This document shows positions 42,491 through 56,614 of a stretch of DNA of 64,000 nt, one piece after another. This DNA comes from Eledone cirrhosa (taxonomy: Eukaryota). Each line of letters opens with the position of its first letter. The first letter of the stretch is position 1. Location: contig OZ024741.1 of the NCBI GenBank assembly GCA_964016885.1, positions 175,460,001 through 175,524,000 on the forward strand. Reading direction: 5' to 3'. The position numbers and the translations under genes were made by a program. Under the pieces are notes generated by a model. The model was not told the DNA's origin. It saw only the letters and a list, made by a program, of their open reading frames with translations, and made no database searches.

Positions 42491-42680
42491 GAGGTGGTGG
42501 ATTGGCAGTATCGGTAGAGGGTCGGACGCCATGCTTTGCAGCATAGAGTTACGGCCCTTTATGATCTGAGTTCAAATCCCGCCGAGGTTAACTTTGCCTT
42601 TCATCCTTACGGGGTCGATAAAATAAAGTACCAGTAATGCACTGGATAATTCCTGGCCTTGTGCCAAAAGTAGAAACAAT
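42491..42680 (+). mobile_element. SINE family A, full length
   Basis: Near-consensus copy. Confidence 0.92.
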
Positions 42681-43263
42681 TATTATTTAAAATTACATAA
42701 ACCAATTTGATGCTCAGATCCTGATGTAAGATCGCTACTTCAATTCTCGGACCAGACAGCGTATTGTGTCCTGGACAAAGACGTTTTATTTCACGTTCTT
42801 CGAGTTCATTCAGCTGTTAAAATTGTGTTGTACCAGTAATTGAAGGGGCCAGCCTTTTTACACATTGTATGACACTGAATCTCCGCGAAGACTACGCTAA
42901 AGATGCGCATGAATTTGGAATGCTCAACCCCTAACATGTTCATATCATGGGCATGTGGATCCGGCGATATTCAACAATAATCTAATACCACTAATGAATT
43001 TGTAAGGCAGTTGTATTTTATTGTGTTTTGCATTCATAAATATGTATATCATGTTAAGAAAACGACAGAGAAGTCAAAACGGCCGATCTGATATATAGAT
43101 TATTATATAAGTTATATACGAGGTTATGAGCAATTCACATCCTATGATTCATTGAATCTGTTCACTGAGAAGTTGGGACTACCTGATATGTCGATTTGGA
43201 AATGTTTCTTGAGATATTCTGATAACTCAAATGTCGAAAGATTTTCCTTTCACTTACATTATA

Positions 43264-43463
43264 CAGACCTGCCATCTCTCCCCTTCCGATGAGGATGCCC
43301 CCCCCCCCATCTTTGGTGCGAGATGTCTTCTCTTGTGAAAATTGGAATAGCTTTCATTATGTAAAAATCTCTCCATTTTGCCTCATTTCACCCCGTTGTG
43401 GGGCTTGTGGGGCACTTTTTTCGTGGTACTCCCCGTTTGGGTTCTTAGATGTTGGCAGGACTG
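43264..43463 (+). mobile_element. MITE family M2
   Basis: CAGACCTGCCATC...GATGTTGGCAGGACTG; flanks ATTATA / ATTATT. Confidence 0.8.
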
Positions 43464-43589
43464 ATTATTAAATCTGGTTGTTGTTCTCTTTGGTGTTGAT
43501 GTTATTATTTAGCCTTAGGACAACACTTAGTGATGAGACCCGTGTGTGTGTTGGACATCAGTAGCTTCAGATGACGGCATTCCAGTTGT

Positions 43590-43858
43590 TTGAGCAACGG
43601 AACAATCTGCTCATGAAATTAACATGCAAGTAGCTGAGGATTCCAAACTTCTCGTATAAAGTTCACGCAGTTCTCATAAGAATTCACCAGCACGCAGTGT
43701 GTGACAAATCTATTTGAATTCGAAGCATGATTCATTTTTTTAGTTGAGTTGCCTCGAGAAGCGTGAAATAAAATGTATTGGTCAAGGACACATCACGCCA
43801 CCGAAATCGAACTCACGATCAAATGATCGTAAGCTCAATACATTTACTCCTAAACCGC
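43590..43858 (-). mobile_element. SINE family B copy, degraded
   Basis: Homologous to 26765-27021; AAATCGAACTC is the reverse complement of the B box. Confidence 0.6.
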
Positions 43859-45049
43859 ATTAAAAATACCCACCCGTGATTGAACACTCAAATTAGTATA
43901 TCAGGGACTACAGTTTTTTAAGAATAGCATGTAAGCTATCGTATCCTTTTGCTAACATGGTGGGATGTGATTTAGCTGCTGTTTTTGAACATCCAGTGAT
44001 CACGTGTTCGCTCTCTTGCTGGCTCAATCTCTGATGATATTAAGCTGCTATATTTCTACACATAGATATACATATATGCTTGAGTTAGGAGTATTCTAAT
44101 GCAAATACAACCAGACGCAACATCAATGAAAAGGCAGTATAGAAAATAGTACAAAAAGGAAATCATTATTCCAGATATCCTAAACTATCTAAGTTAAGTG
44201 CCCATAACTCATTTTCGAGTCATGAGGCGCCGTCATGAAACACAAAGTGTCTGGATGGAACACAAGTCTCCAGGTCGGAACACAATCAATTCCTCACAGA
44301 GCGGAAGAGAATCAATCAGTCACGGTCCGCCACTTTAATTATCGATATTTAAGGGATGACAGCCACAGTTGACTTCGGTAGGATTTGAACACAGAACACA
44401 GTGTGCCAGGACAAAATACTAATGTAGTTCAAATCCGAGGCATTAATAACCCTGCCAATACGCCGCCTCCTAAGTAATTTCTAACACACTTAGTTTAGAG
44501 GCCAGGATAACTTCAGTTAGTCCCAACTATATCTATATCAAAGGGAGATAAATATTAAACCAGCTTAAAATCAACCGAAATTGAATAAAATTCACAAGCC
44601 CAAAAATATCAAATTAAGCACAGCACACTGTGTTTGGAGTATTTGACAATTAACGATTCCATTATATGCCTGTTACAATCGATTACCTAAAGATCTAATT
44701 GAAAGACTGTGCCTTACAAATCAAATTCAGAATGTTAGAATGTTGATGAAAGATACTAAATATTACAAGATATTTACTTAAGCAGTCATTCATAAATTTC
44801 GGAACGTCGCCATTATATAATATTTAACAAGAGAGGGAGGCAAGCTTAATTGTTAGACTGTCCGACAAAATGCCTCATGGTCTTTAGTTACCGTTCTTTC
44901 AAATCCAGCCGAGATCAACTTTCTGGTTATCCTTTCGCATTAGATGAAATAAGGTATTAGGCAAATACTGAGGCCGAGTTAGTCAATTTCCCTCCATTTC
45001 CAATTTCAGGTTTTGTTTTGAAAACAAAAATCACATATAAAGAAAATGT

Positions 45050-45260
45050 GCTGGCAGAATCATTAGCGCGTCAAACAAATGCTTCAGGGTATTTGTTCCG
45101 GGTTTCATGTTCTAAGTTCAAATCCAGTCAATATCAAATTTATTTTCACCCTTTCCTGTATGATGAAATAAAACACCGGACAAATACTGGGGTCGATTTT
45201 ATCGACTGTTTTCATTCTTCTCCTTAATTTCAGGGCCTGTGTTTTTAAATCAAACACAAT
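45050..45260 (+). mobile_element. Older SINE A copy (further degraded copies at about 44335-44468 minus and 44840-45020 plus)
   Basis: CTGGCAGAATC..AAGTTCAAATCC..TACTGGGGTCGAT. Confidence 0.65.
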
Positions 45261-47199
45261 TATAGAATATTCAACAAGAATATTAACTGTCACATGTCAG
45301 CAACTTATGACATCGATATTTTATTCTTCCAGCAGTTAGCGATTCTTATTATTTAAAGTTGACAGCTATATTATCATTAATTATATATGAGCTAACAAAT
45401 TAATATGATAAAGAAATGGATAAACTAATTAATTCCAGCAATGTTGTATCTTTTACTTAAAAGAAAGAAACACATGCAAACATATTGAATAACAAAAACA
45501 CAAAAACATGAAGACTTACAACGATTTCCAATCCTATGAAAGGATTAAGTTATAACAAAATATTGAAAATATATTTTCATTATTTTTCCATTTATTTCAC
45601 ACATTGATTATATAATTTGAGAAGATCAATGGCTGCGTAGAGAAAATTCCGTCCGCCTACACAAAAGCAGCAGTTAGAAGCTCGCGTTTTCTGGCGTTAT
45701 TCTTTCCTTTTGAAGAGAAACATGCTTTTATACAGCCGAAAATTTCATTGATTCCGTCAAAAAAGGACGCTTCATTGTCACACATTCCCCTGAATCGACG
45801 AATGTCTTCAACACATGTGATTTATTTGAGTTAACAAAAGAAACTGTGGGTGGGCCGGCATAATGGCTAAACATTCGCACATCCGTTATGCCTCCACCAG
45901 TGTAGAACGCGTGATGCATTGATCGACATGACATACAGATATCTTGCATTAGATATCTTTAACACATCTATTCCAGAAAATGCAGGATCAAATCAGATTT
46001 TTTCTCCCCTTTCGGAAGAAATAGAACTAGGAGTCGAATTTGAATATTTGATAACATTTTGTTGGATAAATATTCAACACACACAAACATACACGTGCAC
46101 ATACGCACTCACCACACATACACACATCTAAGTCGAGATATATACAAATACGCATGCATACATTTATTTACACACACATAGGCTTTCGTACAGATACTCT
46201 CTACCCAATTTCAACGACAACGCTTTAAACAATGCAAAACACACTTTTATTAGACTATACTACAGGGGTTACTCAGGAAACTACAGTTTGTGTCATGGCG
46301 CATTTCAAACTTGTTTGACGACTGCCGTAGCATAAAAATATTGGCAATAGTTAACTAAAATGTAAGAGAATAAAATAAGGTTTATTTTATATCTAATATA
46401 TATGTTGTACTCATGTGGACTATAGTCGTGTGTATAATGGATAGATATATGTGAGCTTATATGAGCACGTGTGTTTGTACAATCGTATAAATGGTGCTAC
46501 ATGTACAAATATGGGTTATTTGATGGCTATGAGTGTCTAGTAAAATAAAATAGCACATATAAGTAACCTGAAATAAACTCTGATAACCCATAGTTAATTT
46601 TAACCAATACTTGCTTCCATAGAATTTTATAACCTTAATACTTACCATGCTGTTTAATGAGTTTAAATTCGATTATAAGTTCAGTGAATAAATAACACTG
46701 TATTTTCACTAAATACAATCCTATAGTATATTAATGTGAGAACACGAGTGCAGACTATCTAGTGAGAATAGTACCGTTAAATAATTCATACACTTCTAAC
46801 CTTCCATAACCTTAAAGAAAAAGAAAAACTTTGTTTACATTTCGACACTTCAAGCGGGATGGTGCGCGCACACACGGTCAGTAAATAAGGCCTTTTATAT
46901 GTTATATGTAATTGATTCTAAGGATTTCTCTACAAAGGTATTGAAAATAATATTCTTTAGAAAATGAAACATATGTAAATAAAATAAATACTGTATTAAT
47001 TGTTAAAACTTGGTGATCTATTTCTTTACTCTGTGATTATAAATCTACGCTGACCGGAAGTATACTAACTGTATTTACTTCTGCACTTTCTTTCGCTAAT
47101 CTGGATATTGAAAAAAACCCATATCTGAGCTTTAAATATCTGAATACCTTACTGTTGAAATAGCAACATATAGAATTTACCTTATATATATATAAATAT

Positions 47200-47672
47200 A
47201 TATATAAATATAAGTATATATACGTACATACATATATCTATACAGACGTACAGTAGTATGTATATACATACATACATGCACACACATATATTTATATATA
47301 TGTACGTATGGGTTTACCGAACATTTATTATAATGCTCGGTTTGTTTGTAAACAACCAGCCCGAATTAAAAGCCGTACAGTGTTCGGCAACCATCGTTGC
47401 CCATTCGTTCAGCACTGACAAAGGAACGATGAACTAGTTTCTAGCTTATTAGCTGTCATCAGCACCGTATACCTTCCTGTCAGTCGATTGAACATTTGAA
47501 AGTATATACTTTCCTTGTGCATATTAACGGCTGAGCAGCCTAATTTGCATATCGAGTGAGTTAGTCGATAAATGGTAAAAATGACATTTAATTTCTCAAC
47601 ACTGACAATACTTATATTTAAGTATCAGCCGTACTAAGAGTGAGAAATGAAATTTCATTTTTTCCATTTATT
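47200..47672 (-). mobile_element. HHR element family F4, fold-back copy
   Basis: Reverse-complement homologue of 60843-61640; short inversion at about 47570-47672. Confidence 0.75.
47429..47465 (-). ncRNA. Minimal type I HHR
   Basis: gtg-CTGATGA-cagct aata agcta-GAAAC-ta-GTT-cat; palindromic stem III ACTAGT. Confidence 0.8.
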
Positions 47673-48324
47673 ACACAGCCTAATTGAAATCAAGAGAAAC
47701 ATTAAAGAAAAGAATGTTATTGATAAATTTTAACCCAAGCTAAATGAACAATAATAATGCTTAGGGGTATTACTCCTACTATGACTACGCCTACGACCAT
47801 GTATATTCCCACCACTAACAACAACAACAACAACAATAATAATAATAATAATAATAAAAGTGATATTGAGGGTGATGATTACTGAAGATTTTTTATGAAA
47901 ACCCTAGAAAATGCTATTTTCATCATTTCTAAAAAAAGCAAAACAATTGATGCTTTGGATAGGGTCAAATAGAAGTCGTTAGACATGCTCAACCAACCGT
48001 GACGCCTAAACTAATCAGCTTTAGTAATCTAGTGAAACTACACACCGATTGGTCGAAATACGGTTTGTAAAACTTAGCATTCTGTAGCCCCTTTTTACTG
48101 TATATAAGGCACAGAATTTACCCATCTCCTTACAGTTGAAAATTGTAAGCTTGACTGTCACCACTGAATATGAACCTGAAGATTGCAAAAGCATGAAAGT
48201 ACTTGTTCAATTAACACTTAACATTTAATATTTTACCATACTATTTCATTCTAATACCATTATAATTTTAAAGGATTGTAAATAAAACGAGTAAATCAGA
48301 CAAAGTTGGAATATGTTTTATTAA

Positions 48325-48363
<39 letters not shown>

Positions 48364-48525
48364 GGAGGAAGTTATAGTTCACTTGAGGGCATTGTGTAAT
48401 GAGGTATAAACGTTTGTATATGTATAATAAAGCCAAAACAATGCAGGTATGGACATAGAATAAAGAATGAAACTGCAAAAGATATTGTTGACAATTAGTC
48501 TTTTACCTTAGATTTATTTAAATGT

Positions 48526-48557
48526 CCTTAATTTTCGAGATATCTCTTCTTCGGAGG
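48526..48557 (-). ncRNA. Ultra-minimal HHR-like motif in the PLE pLTR
   Basis: cct-CCGAAGA-agag atat ctc-GAAA-at-TA-agg. Confidence 0.6.
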
Positions 48558-48759
48558 GAAGTAAAGCGGTTAAACCAGTGTTCTAAATAGCTTGCCAAGT
48601 CATGCTGACAGGAAATGGTATAGAGTATCTGTTCTATCTCTAATGTCAAAGAGTTAAGGTTAGGTGGATAAAGAGTAGTCTCCCTTTAAAAGGGTTTTTT
48701 TTGTACATGCCTGTTTAAGTGTGTGGGAGAATGTGTGAGGTGTAAGTGTGTGTGTGTGT

Positions 48760-48800
<41 letters not shown>

Positions 48801-48965
48801 GATATGTCTATACGTAAATGTGGGGGATAGATGTTAACTCGTGTTAGAACTGGTCTTTGTGTGTGTATATGTGTGTGAGAGAGAATAAGTGGAGGTGTGC
48901 GTGTGTGTGCGTGTGTGTGTGCGTGTGTGTGGGAGGGGTGTGTAAATATGGGGCTAGATGCTTTA

Positions 48966-51010
48966 TCAAGTTATAAATTGGGTGTTGAGTTCTAGTCTAT
49001 TATTGATTGGAGGAAGTGTTTTGTCTATAATTAGTGCTTCCTTAATTCTAAGATTGCCGAGGTTTCTTTCCTTAGTTTCTATCCTAACTGTTATGGTTTT
49101 GTCGGTGTTTTTGCATTTAACTAGGTGTTTCTTAAATGAGGAAGCGTTAGTATTGAGGTCTTCTTTTATTCTTATGTGGAGTGGTCTGGTGGGGCTACCT
49201 ACGTAGAAGTTGCTGCATTTGTCGCACTCTAGTCTGTATACGACGTAAGCCTGGTGGCATAGGTCTGTGTCGTTGATGGGGCAGTTGGCTAGCCTGCAGC
49301 GGTTGTCATGTCTGGTGGAGTGTCTTTTGGTTAGCTGTCCGCGTAGAGAAGGACCTGAGTGGGCCAGCTGGATATCTAGTCCCTCTCGTCTGATAGCTCT
49401 GCGGGTGGTTGTTGTTGTTTCGTCACTGAAGTGTGGGAGCTTCAGGAAGCAAGTGTTAGTGCCTCGGGTGTGGTGTCCTCTGTTCTTTCTGGCACGGTTT
49501 GTGGTGGATGTCGTGTATCCGTTCAGTTTGAGTAGTTCCAGGATATGTGGTGTGTGTGTGTCTCGGTCTCTAGCGTCGGTGCATTTGTTCAGGATACTTG
49601 TTAGTTCGTTCTTTATGTATGCGAGCTTAGCGCTGGCTGGGAGGGCCGATCTGAAATGTTCGAACAGGTCCCTGCTGGCGGCTTTTTTATAGAAGCAAGT
49701 GTGGATGTTGCCTTCCTCTGTTACCCTGAGTTGGAAGTCCAGTAGGGATAGAGATCCGCGGTCATCGGGGTGTTCCATGCTGAACTTTATACTGGCGTTC
49801 ATGCTGGAGAATGTTGTGTATATTTTATCCGCCTCCTCACGGCATGATGTAAGTATGAGTATGTCATCTACATATCGGGTGAAGAAGGTATGGGAATGGC
49901 AGGTGTTGAGGGCTCGGCATTCTAGCTGGTTCATATAGGTGATGGCCAGCAGGCCCGATAGGCTGGATCCCATGGGTAATCCTGTTGTCTGTCTGTATGT
50001 GTGGTGGTGGAAGGTGAAGTACGTGTTGTCCACTGTGAAGGACAAAAGTTGGTGTATGTCCGTCGGAAGGAGGCCGTAGCAGTGGATGTCCTCTGCAACC
50101 ACGCAGTCCGTCAATAAATCGACAGCTGGATGAGCGGGGACTGTAGTGTAGAGGGAGACAACGTCGAGGCTAAAGGCGTATCTATTTAGTTTAAGTTGTT
50201 CTGGCTGGAGTTGGTGTAGTCTACGTATGACTTCGTCGGAGCTACTGACGTGCCCCGGAAAGGTAGAGATAGAGGCTTGAGGACCTGGGAGAGGAGCCAG
50301 CAAATCTTGTATAGGGGTCCTTCTATGTTAGAGACGATGGGTCTTATTTGTGTCTTAGTACTATTCTTGTGGGTCTTGATGAGGTGGTAGAAAGTGGGCA
50401 GTCTGCTATTTCTAGTGATGTAGTTGAGCTTAACTTTATTTGGGAGTTGTCTTCCCTTACAGATTTCGAAACAGATGGAGTCGGTCTGTTTTTCGATCTG
50501 GGCTGCAGTCATGTCCGGGATCTCTGTATATAGTTCATTGTCGCTTAGGTATGCAATGGCTAGGTTGTTGTATGTAGCTTGAGAGATGACGCAAAACTCT
50601 TTACCTTTGTCGGATGGTAAGTATATAAGTTCCTTATTCCGTAGGTTCTTCAGGGCGAGTTGTTGTGTCCTGGAGAGGTTTGGGGCTATCTTCTTCTGTT
50701 TCCGTAAGATGTTAAATACGGAATGTTTTAGCCTCGAGAGTTTTTCTTCAAGCTCGCGGTTGGCAGGCGGTGGACAGAGTGGGCAATCCAGTTGGTATAT
50801 CGGGAATCTGGGTTTGTTAGGTTCCGTGATGTTGTTGCCGAGAGTCGATATCCATTTTAGTTGGTAGGCAGCCCGACAGAAATTCGTTTCCATGTCGACC
50901 CATAATTTGTCGTCCAGTCTCTGTTTCAATATGAACTTGGGACCCAGGCTGAGGAGGTCTAATTCCTCTCGGGAGAGGGATCCTGTCAAGTCTGTGACGA
51001 GGTGTTTTGC

Positions 51011-51012
<2 letters not shown>
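48966..51012 (-). pseudogene. PLE RT-GIY-YIG polyprotein with a single frameshift near 50270
   Basis: LSLGPKF, PSDKG, IKTHK..RPIVS, SLDVVSLYT, GLPMGSSLS, RYVDD, VVYRLEC..FYVG..RIKE. Confidence 0.93.
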
Positions 51013-51054
<42 letters not shown>

Positions 51055-51109
51055 CACTCACGTACACACACTTTGTATGTATGTACGTATATGTGTGTAT
51101 ATATATATA

Positions 51110-51200
<91 letters not shown>

Positions 51201-51743
51201 GCGGTGCCCCAGCATGGCCTCAGCCGGATGGCTGAAACAGGTAAAAGAGTAAAAGTGTATATATATTTTCTTGTTGATGCTTAGGTGCATCTACGAGGAC
51301 ATTTTACATTTTGTGTAATAACTCAAGCAAGTGGGGAGCAGAGAAAAATTAGTTTCACGACGAGAGATATAGTATTGTTTACTGCAAGATGGACATTTCT
51401 GTTTGAATGCATGATTTCAAAGGTTAATACAATGTTAAATGTCAGTTATTATTATAAATGTCAGTTTGCGGGAAATTACGCTCTACTGTATTTAGAAATA
51501 CTCTAACGTATGTTTATTAGTTCTGTTCTGAATTTACAATTAACCTCATAATTTCAAAGTTAACCCTATAAATACACCAATACATTTAAACTACTCCCTA
51601 CTATTGTGGATATGAGAATGCATTATTTGCTATTTCCTGGTGGGCTAGCTAAATTCATAGTCAACTAAACCCTCACCTATTCCAGCATTAATCAAACTGG
51701 AATATATATATAATTATGTATGTATGTATGCAAATATGTATAT

Positions 51744-51995
<252 letters not shown>

Positions 51996-53014
51996 ACACG
52001 AATAATGATACAGCGCGAAGGCTAGATTTCATAAGATCTTTAAACACGCAATAGCGATGATACGTATTTCTGTGCTGAAATGGTTACGTCATGACACCAT
52101 GACGCAATTCACGACACGCTGTCTTCAGATGGCACATTAGCCAATTGATATGTCATCCTTATGCAAGGCACCGCAATGTAGGTATATGGAGACGGACCTA
52201 AATTTGGTGTTATCCAACGGCCTGTCTCTATATGATTTCATGATTCACGTTAGCCATTACACTATGTGTTGGTAGGGGACGTTAAGAGGAGGGGGGAGGG
52301 TTTTTAATTTTACTATCGCTATATTATCTTGTCCATGGTTTTGTGACAAGCTCTTACCCTCCACAACTCAATGTTCCCAGCCCTGCTTTGATGTGGCTAC
52401 AGTAGGCAAACAACAAATGTTCTGCGTCTGCCCAGATTCTTATCTTAAGGGGAGCGTTGGACCGTCTGCTTTATGTAGCATAAGGCAGCCGTGTATAACT
52501 TTCTTTGATAGCAATTTTCTATCTCTAATATAAATTTGAGCTACTTCCGTCCGACTGTAATATAATGTATGTGTGTTTGTGAGAATATATGTGTGTGTAA
52601 AAGGACGGAAGGGGATGATGAAAAAACTATAACAAAATAGCAACTCGCGTTCCATTTGCTACGCTGTGTGTGAGTGTACGTATATGTGTGAATTTGTGTA
52701 AATGTTTGCGTGCTTGTGTGTATTTATGTGAATGTATGTATGTGATTGTATGAATATATGTGTATTTGTGTGAATTTATGTTTGTGAGTGTGTATTTTTG
52801 TAAGTGTGTCAGTGTTTTATATTTATATACTCATACATATAAATGTATGCACATATACATATACGTATACGTATCGTCGGAAAAATCCTAGTTACTTAAA
52901 AAAAATAGATTGCTAATATGAAATAAAACAAAATATAAGATATGTACATGGAATTCGGGAAACAGTAATTAAATATGAAATATTACAAAGTACATAATAA
53001 TAATGATAATAATA

Positions 53015-53198
53015 ATTGTTTCTACTTTTGGCACCAGGCCATCAATTACCCAGTACGTTACTGGTACTTTATTTTATCGACCCCGTAAGGATGAAAGGCA
53101 AAGTTAACCTCGGTGTGATTTGAACTCAGTCCGTAAAGGGACGTAACTCTGTGCCGCAAAGCATGGCGTCCGACCCTCTATCGATACTGCCAATCCAC
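53015..53198 (-). mobile_element. SINE family A
   Basis: Near-consensus reverse-complement copy. Confidence 0.92.
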
Positions 53199-53419
53199 AA
53201 CACTAATAATGATAGTAATAATAATAGTAATAAAAAAATATAAAAATAATAATAAATAATAATAAAATAAATTATAAATAACATGAATTTTAAGATAGAT
53301 ATCTATATATTACTAAAAGTCTGTGATTGCTTGCTTGCTTGTCTGTCTGTAATGTAATACTGCCAAAAGGGTGCATAATGGGAAAATACTTTGAAAGGAA
53401 GTTGACCCTGAAATGGGAA

Positions 53420-53620
53420 TCTTAGTCTTAGTCTTAGATTCTTCCGCGCCGTTCGGCGCATCGATGTAAGTATCACCAACGGTCACCATCAGCGACAACT
53501 TTTTCGAGACCGTGCCAGGTGATGTTGGCTGCCATCAGGTCCTTCCGGAATGTTCGTCGTCAGGTGATCCTTGGGCAACCCTGCGTCCGTTTACCGCCAG
53601 GCGGAGTCCAGTTCATCGCT
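53420..53620 (-). mobile_element. RTE-clade LINE 3' terminus
   Basis: AMNWTPPGGKRTQGCPRIT*RRTFRKDL..ITW..V.D.DRW followed by a (CTAAGA)3 tail. Confidence 0.8.
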
Positions 53621-53710
53621 ACAGAAATGTGAATACAAATTGAATAAAACAAGTTTTGCGTAAAACGAAGCACGGGTTCCCGAGATATGGGGTTTTCTGG
53701 GTACCTTCAT

Positions 53711-53792
<82 letters not shown>

Positions 53793-53914
53793 GGAGAGAT
53801 AGAGAGAAGGATAAAAGGAAAGAGATAGTGGTTGTGAGAGAGTAGATTGAAAGAGAGACATAGAGAGAGGGTGAGGAGGCAGAGAAGGAGAATGGAAGAG
53901 AGCTGGTGGTGTTG

Positions 53915-53978
<64 letters not shown>

Positions 53979-54312
53979 AGTGTGTGGGATGCCAGGCACC
54001 ATGAACAACGGCTTCTACTATAGAAGTCAGGAGGTGGGAGTCACGTAGCATCTCCCGCACTTCTATAAGTAAGCGTATATATACTTCCGGACGTACACCC
54101 CGACAGTCAAACTTTTGTACGTCAATTGGGGTGCACACACACACACGCACACACACACAGACACACACAGACACACGCACACACAGACAGACAGACAGAC
54201 AGACGCACACACGCACATTTATATATATATATATATAGTATTAGGAAAAACAGGCAAGGAGTGAGGTGAAATTTGGAGAGCGATTGATTTGATTTCCATT
54301 TACTCACTTGAA

Positions 54313-54428
54313 GGCGTGTGGCTGATTGGTTAGAGAATTGGATTCGCAATCGTGAAGTTGTTAGTTCGATTCCTGGACCGGGCAATGTGTTACGTCCTTG
54401 AGCAAGACACTTTATTTCACGTTGCTCC
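54313..54428 (+). mobile_element. tRNA-derived SINE family B, 5' part
   Basis: A box TGGCTGATTGG, B box AGTTCGATTCC, then GTCCTTGAGCAAGACACTT (V-domain-like). Confidence 0.75.
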
Positions 54429-54678
54429 TTCTACCTGGAGTTGCGACCGATAGATAGTATTAGCAATTGGAAAGACGAACGGGAACATTGTTTCCTCGGT
54501 CCGATTTGACGAAAGTCGATCGACAAATTTATTTACCCACTTGCATTACGTTTACAATCGATAATCCATCAGAGATTAATGAAATAAACTACATCTTCTT
54601 CAGATATATTTGTGTAGAAAGGGAAGAAGGCGGAGTGATGTGGACAGTATTCATGGTACAATCGGATCAAGAAATTTT

Positions 54679-54731
<53 letters not shown>

Positions 54732-54807
54732 TTAAGGATACTATTTATGGTTATGTATGTGATAAAACCTTTTATGGTAATATATTTTTTATACAAACCC
54801 TAAATAG

Positions 54808-54856
54808 TTGCTCCGAAGAATCCAAACCTCGGTTTGGAGGAAACAATTGTAAGCAA
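54808..54856 (+). ncRNA. Type I HHR in a short island between microsatellites
   Basis: ttgct-CCGAAGA-atccaaac ctcg gtttggag-GAAAC-aatt-GTA-agcaa. Confidence 0.8.
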
Positions 54857-55248
54857 ATAAATGATTTAAACTGAACTTTGATTATTGTAATCTCTTTCTC
54901 TCTCTATATATATAATGATATTTCTGAATATATTTTAGATGTCTGTTGAAATTGTTCCTAATAGAGTCTATAGGCATTGTAAATCCATACATACAAATAC
55001 TTAATATCATTAAATTTATGCATAGATATAAGTAAGGTTATCAAAATACATACAAACATTTTTATCTTAGAAAATATGATACTATAAAATCATATATAAA
55101 ATAATTTTTCCATATATTACAATTAGAATATTATTTGGAAGTAAATTCTAGAATAAACGGTAAATATAACTTAACTCTTTAAACTAAGAAATATTAGAGT
55201 TATCTTTTTCTCTGAAATGAAACATGATTACCCATATTATCTAAGTAA

Positions 55249-55436
55249 GGGCGGTGGATTGGCACTATCGGTAGAGAGTCGGACGCCATGCTTTGCAGCA
55301 AAGAGTTACGGCCCTTTATGGTCTGAATTCAAATCCCGCCGAGGTTAACTTTGCCTTTCATCCTCACGGGGTCGATAAATTAAAGTACCAGTAATGTACT
55401 GGGATAATTGCTGGCCTTGTGCCAAAAGTAGAAATA
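55249..55436 (+). mobile_element. SINE family A with 13-bp TSD
   Basis: ATTATCTAAGTAA at 55236-55248 and 55437-55449. Confidence 0.93.
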
Positions 55437-55893
55437 ATTATCTAAGTAACAGCTAAACTTTACATAAATATTAAAATTTATTAAAATTTCGTAAATGTAT
55501 TCCTATCCTGATGCAACTATTGAATATACAAAATAGTGTACATCTATACTAAAATAGAACTACTTCCATTTTCTTAAACCATATATTGAAAATGTAAACA
55601 CAAATTATCGTAATTCTTCATATATATAAAAATATCTAAATATCTATTAAATAAATAACATATATACTCACCAAAACTATTTATATATATATAACTAACC
55701 TGTCGTAAAATAATAAAATAAAATATACTTACAACTGTAATCTTCATAAAATATACTTATAAATACTAACTTTATAATATTAAAACACACCAATAGAATA
55801 GACTCAATCGTATACAAGACATCTCTCACATTTTAAATTAATATTCTCTCACTTTAACACATTTATAATTCACACATTATATTCACACATTAT

Positions 55894-56075
55894 GGTGGAT
55901 TGGCAGCATCAGTAGAGGGTCGGCCGCCATGCTTTCCAGCATAGTTACGTCCCTTTACGATCTGAGTTCAAATCCCGCCGAGGTTGACTTTGCCTTTCAT
56001 CCTTACGGGGTCGATAAAATAAAGTACCAGTAATGCACTGGGTAATTACTGGCCTTGTGCCAAAAGTAGAAACAA
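55894..56075 (+). mobile_element. SINE family A
   Basis: Near-consensus copy. Confidence 0.92.
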
Positions 56076-56480
56076 TTATATTATAAATACTTCCAAAATA
56101 TATAATAAAATAATAAAATAAATAAAAATAAATATAATTATTTCACTCTCTCTACACCCTCACAAATATGTTCCAGACAATTATATACGTACATTCATAT
56201 TAATAGTCTATTATTAACTTTAATATATTTTTTTCTTAACATTTTTTCTTAAATTTTCTTCCACCCTAATAATAACCTTTATTTCCTTTTCCTTTAAAAC
56301 ATGATCCTAATAATTATTTAAATTTACCTAGCGTCTAAACATAACGATCTTTTTCAATTTTAACGTTATCCTCATTAGCATATTTGTCCTATGACTTGAA
56401 ATTCTTCTTCACTGTTCAAACAGAACTCAAAACGTTAAGTTCTAGTTTTGAATATGTCACTATCTGTAAACCAACTTTTG

Positions 56481-56541
56481 TATTTTATCTGATGAGAGTG
56501 TACCAACATTTTGGCAGCCTTGAAATATATATAATAAAATA
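56481..56541 (+). ncRNA. Type I HHR, intact core
   Basis: tattttat-CTGATGA-gag..ccaa catt ttgg..ctt-GAAAT-atat-ATA-ataaaata; 8-bp stem I. Confidence 0.75.
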
Positions 56542-56572
56542 AATATGATTTTATAAAGATAGTTTCCATTTA

Positions 56573-56614
<42 letters not shown>

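Larger units (their letters stand above)
48363..51012 (-). mobile_element. Penelope-like element (Poseidon/Penelope-like), 5'-truncated
   Basis: Two long overlapping ORFs and a 3' UTR with an HHR; flanked by (CTAT)n and (TA)n. Confidence 0.92.

Noticed and set aside
45728-45949. 73-aa minus-strand ORF in unique sequence
   Set aside because: No recognisable domain; other frames are similarly open and splice signals are ambiguous
52075-52150. Cluster of CRE-site-like (TTACGTCA, TGACGCA) and CCAAT motifs as a promoter
   Set aside because: Short motifs with no associated transcript or gene evidence
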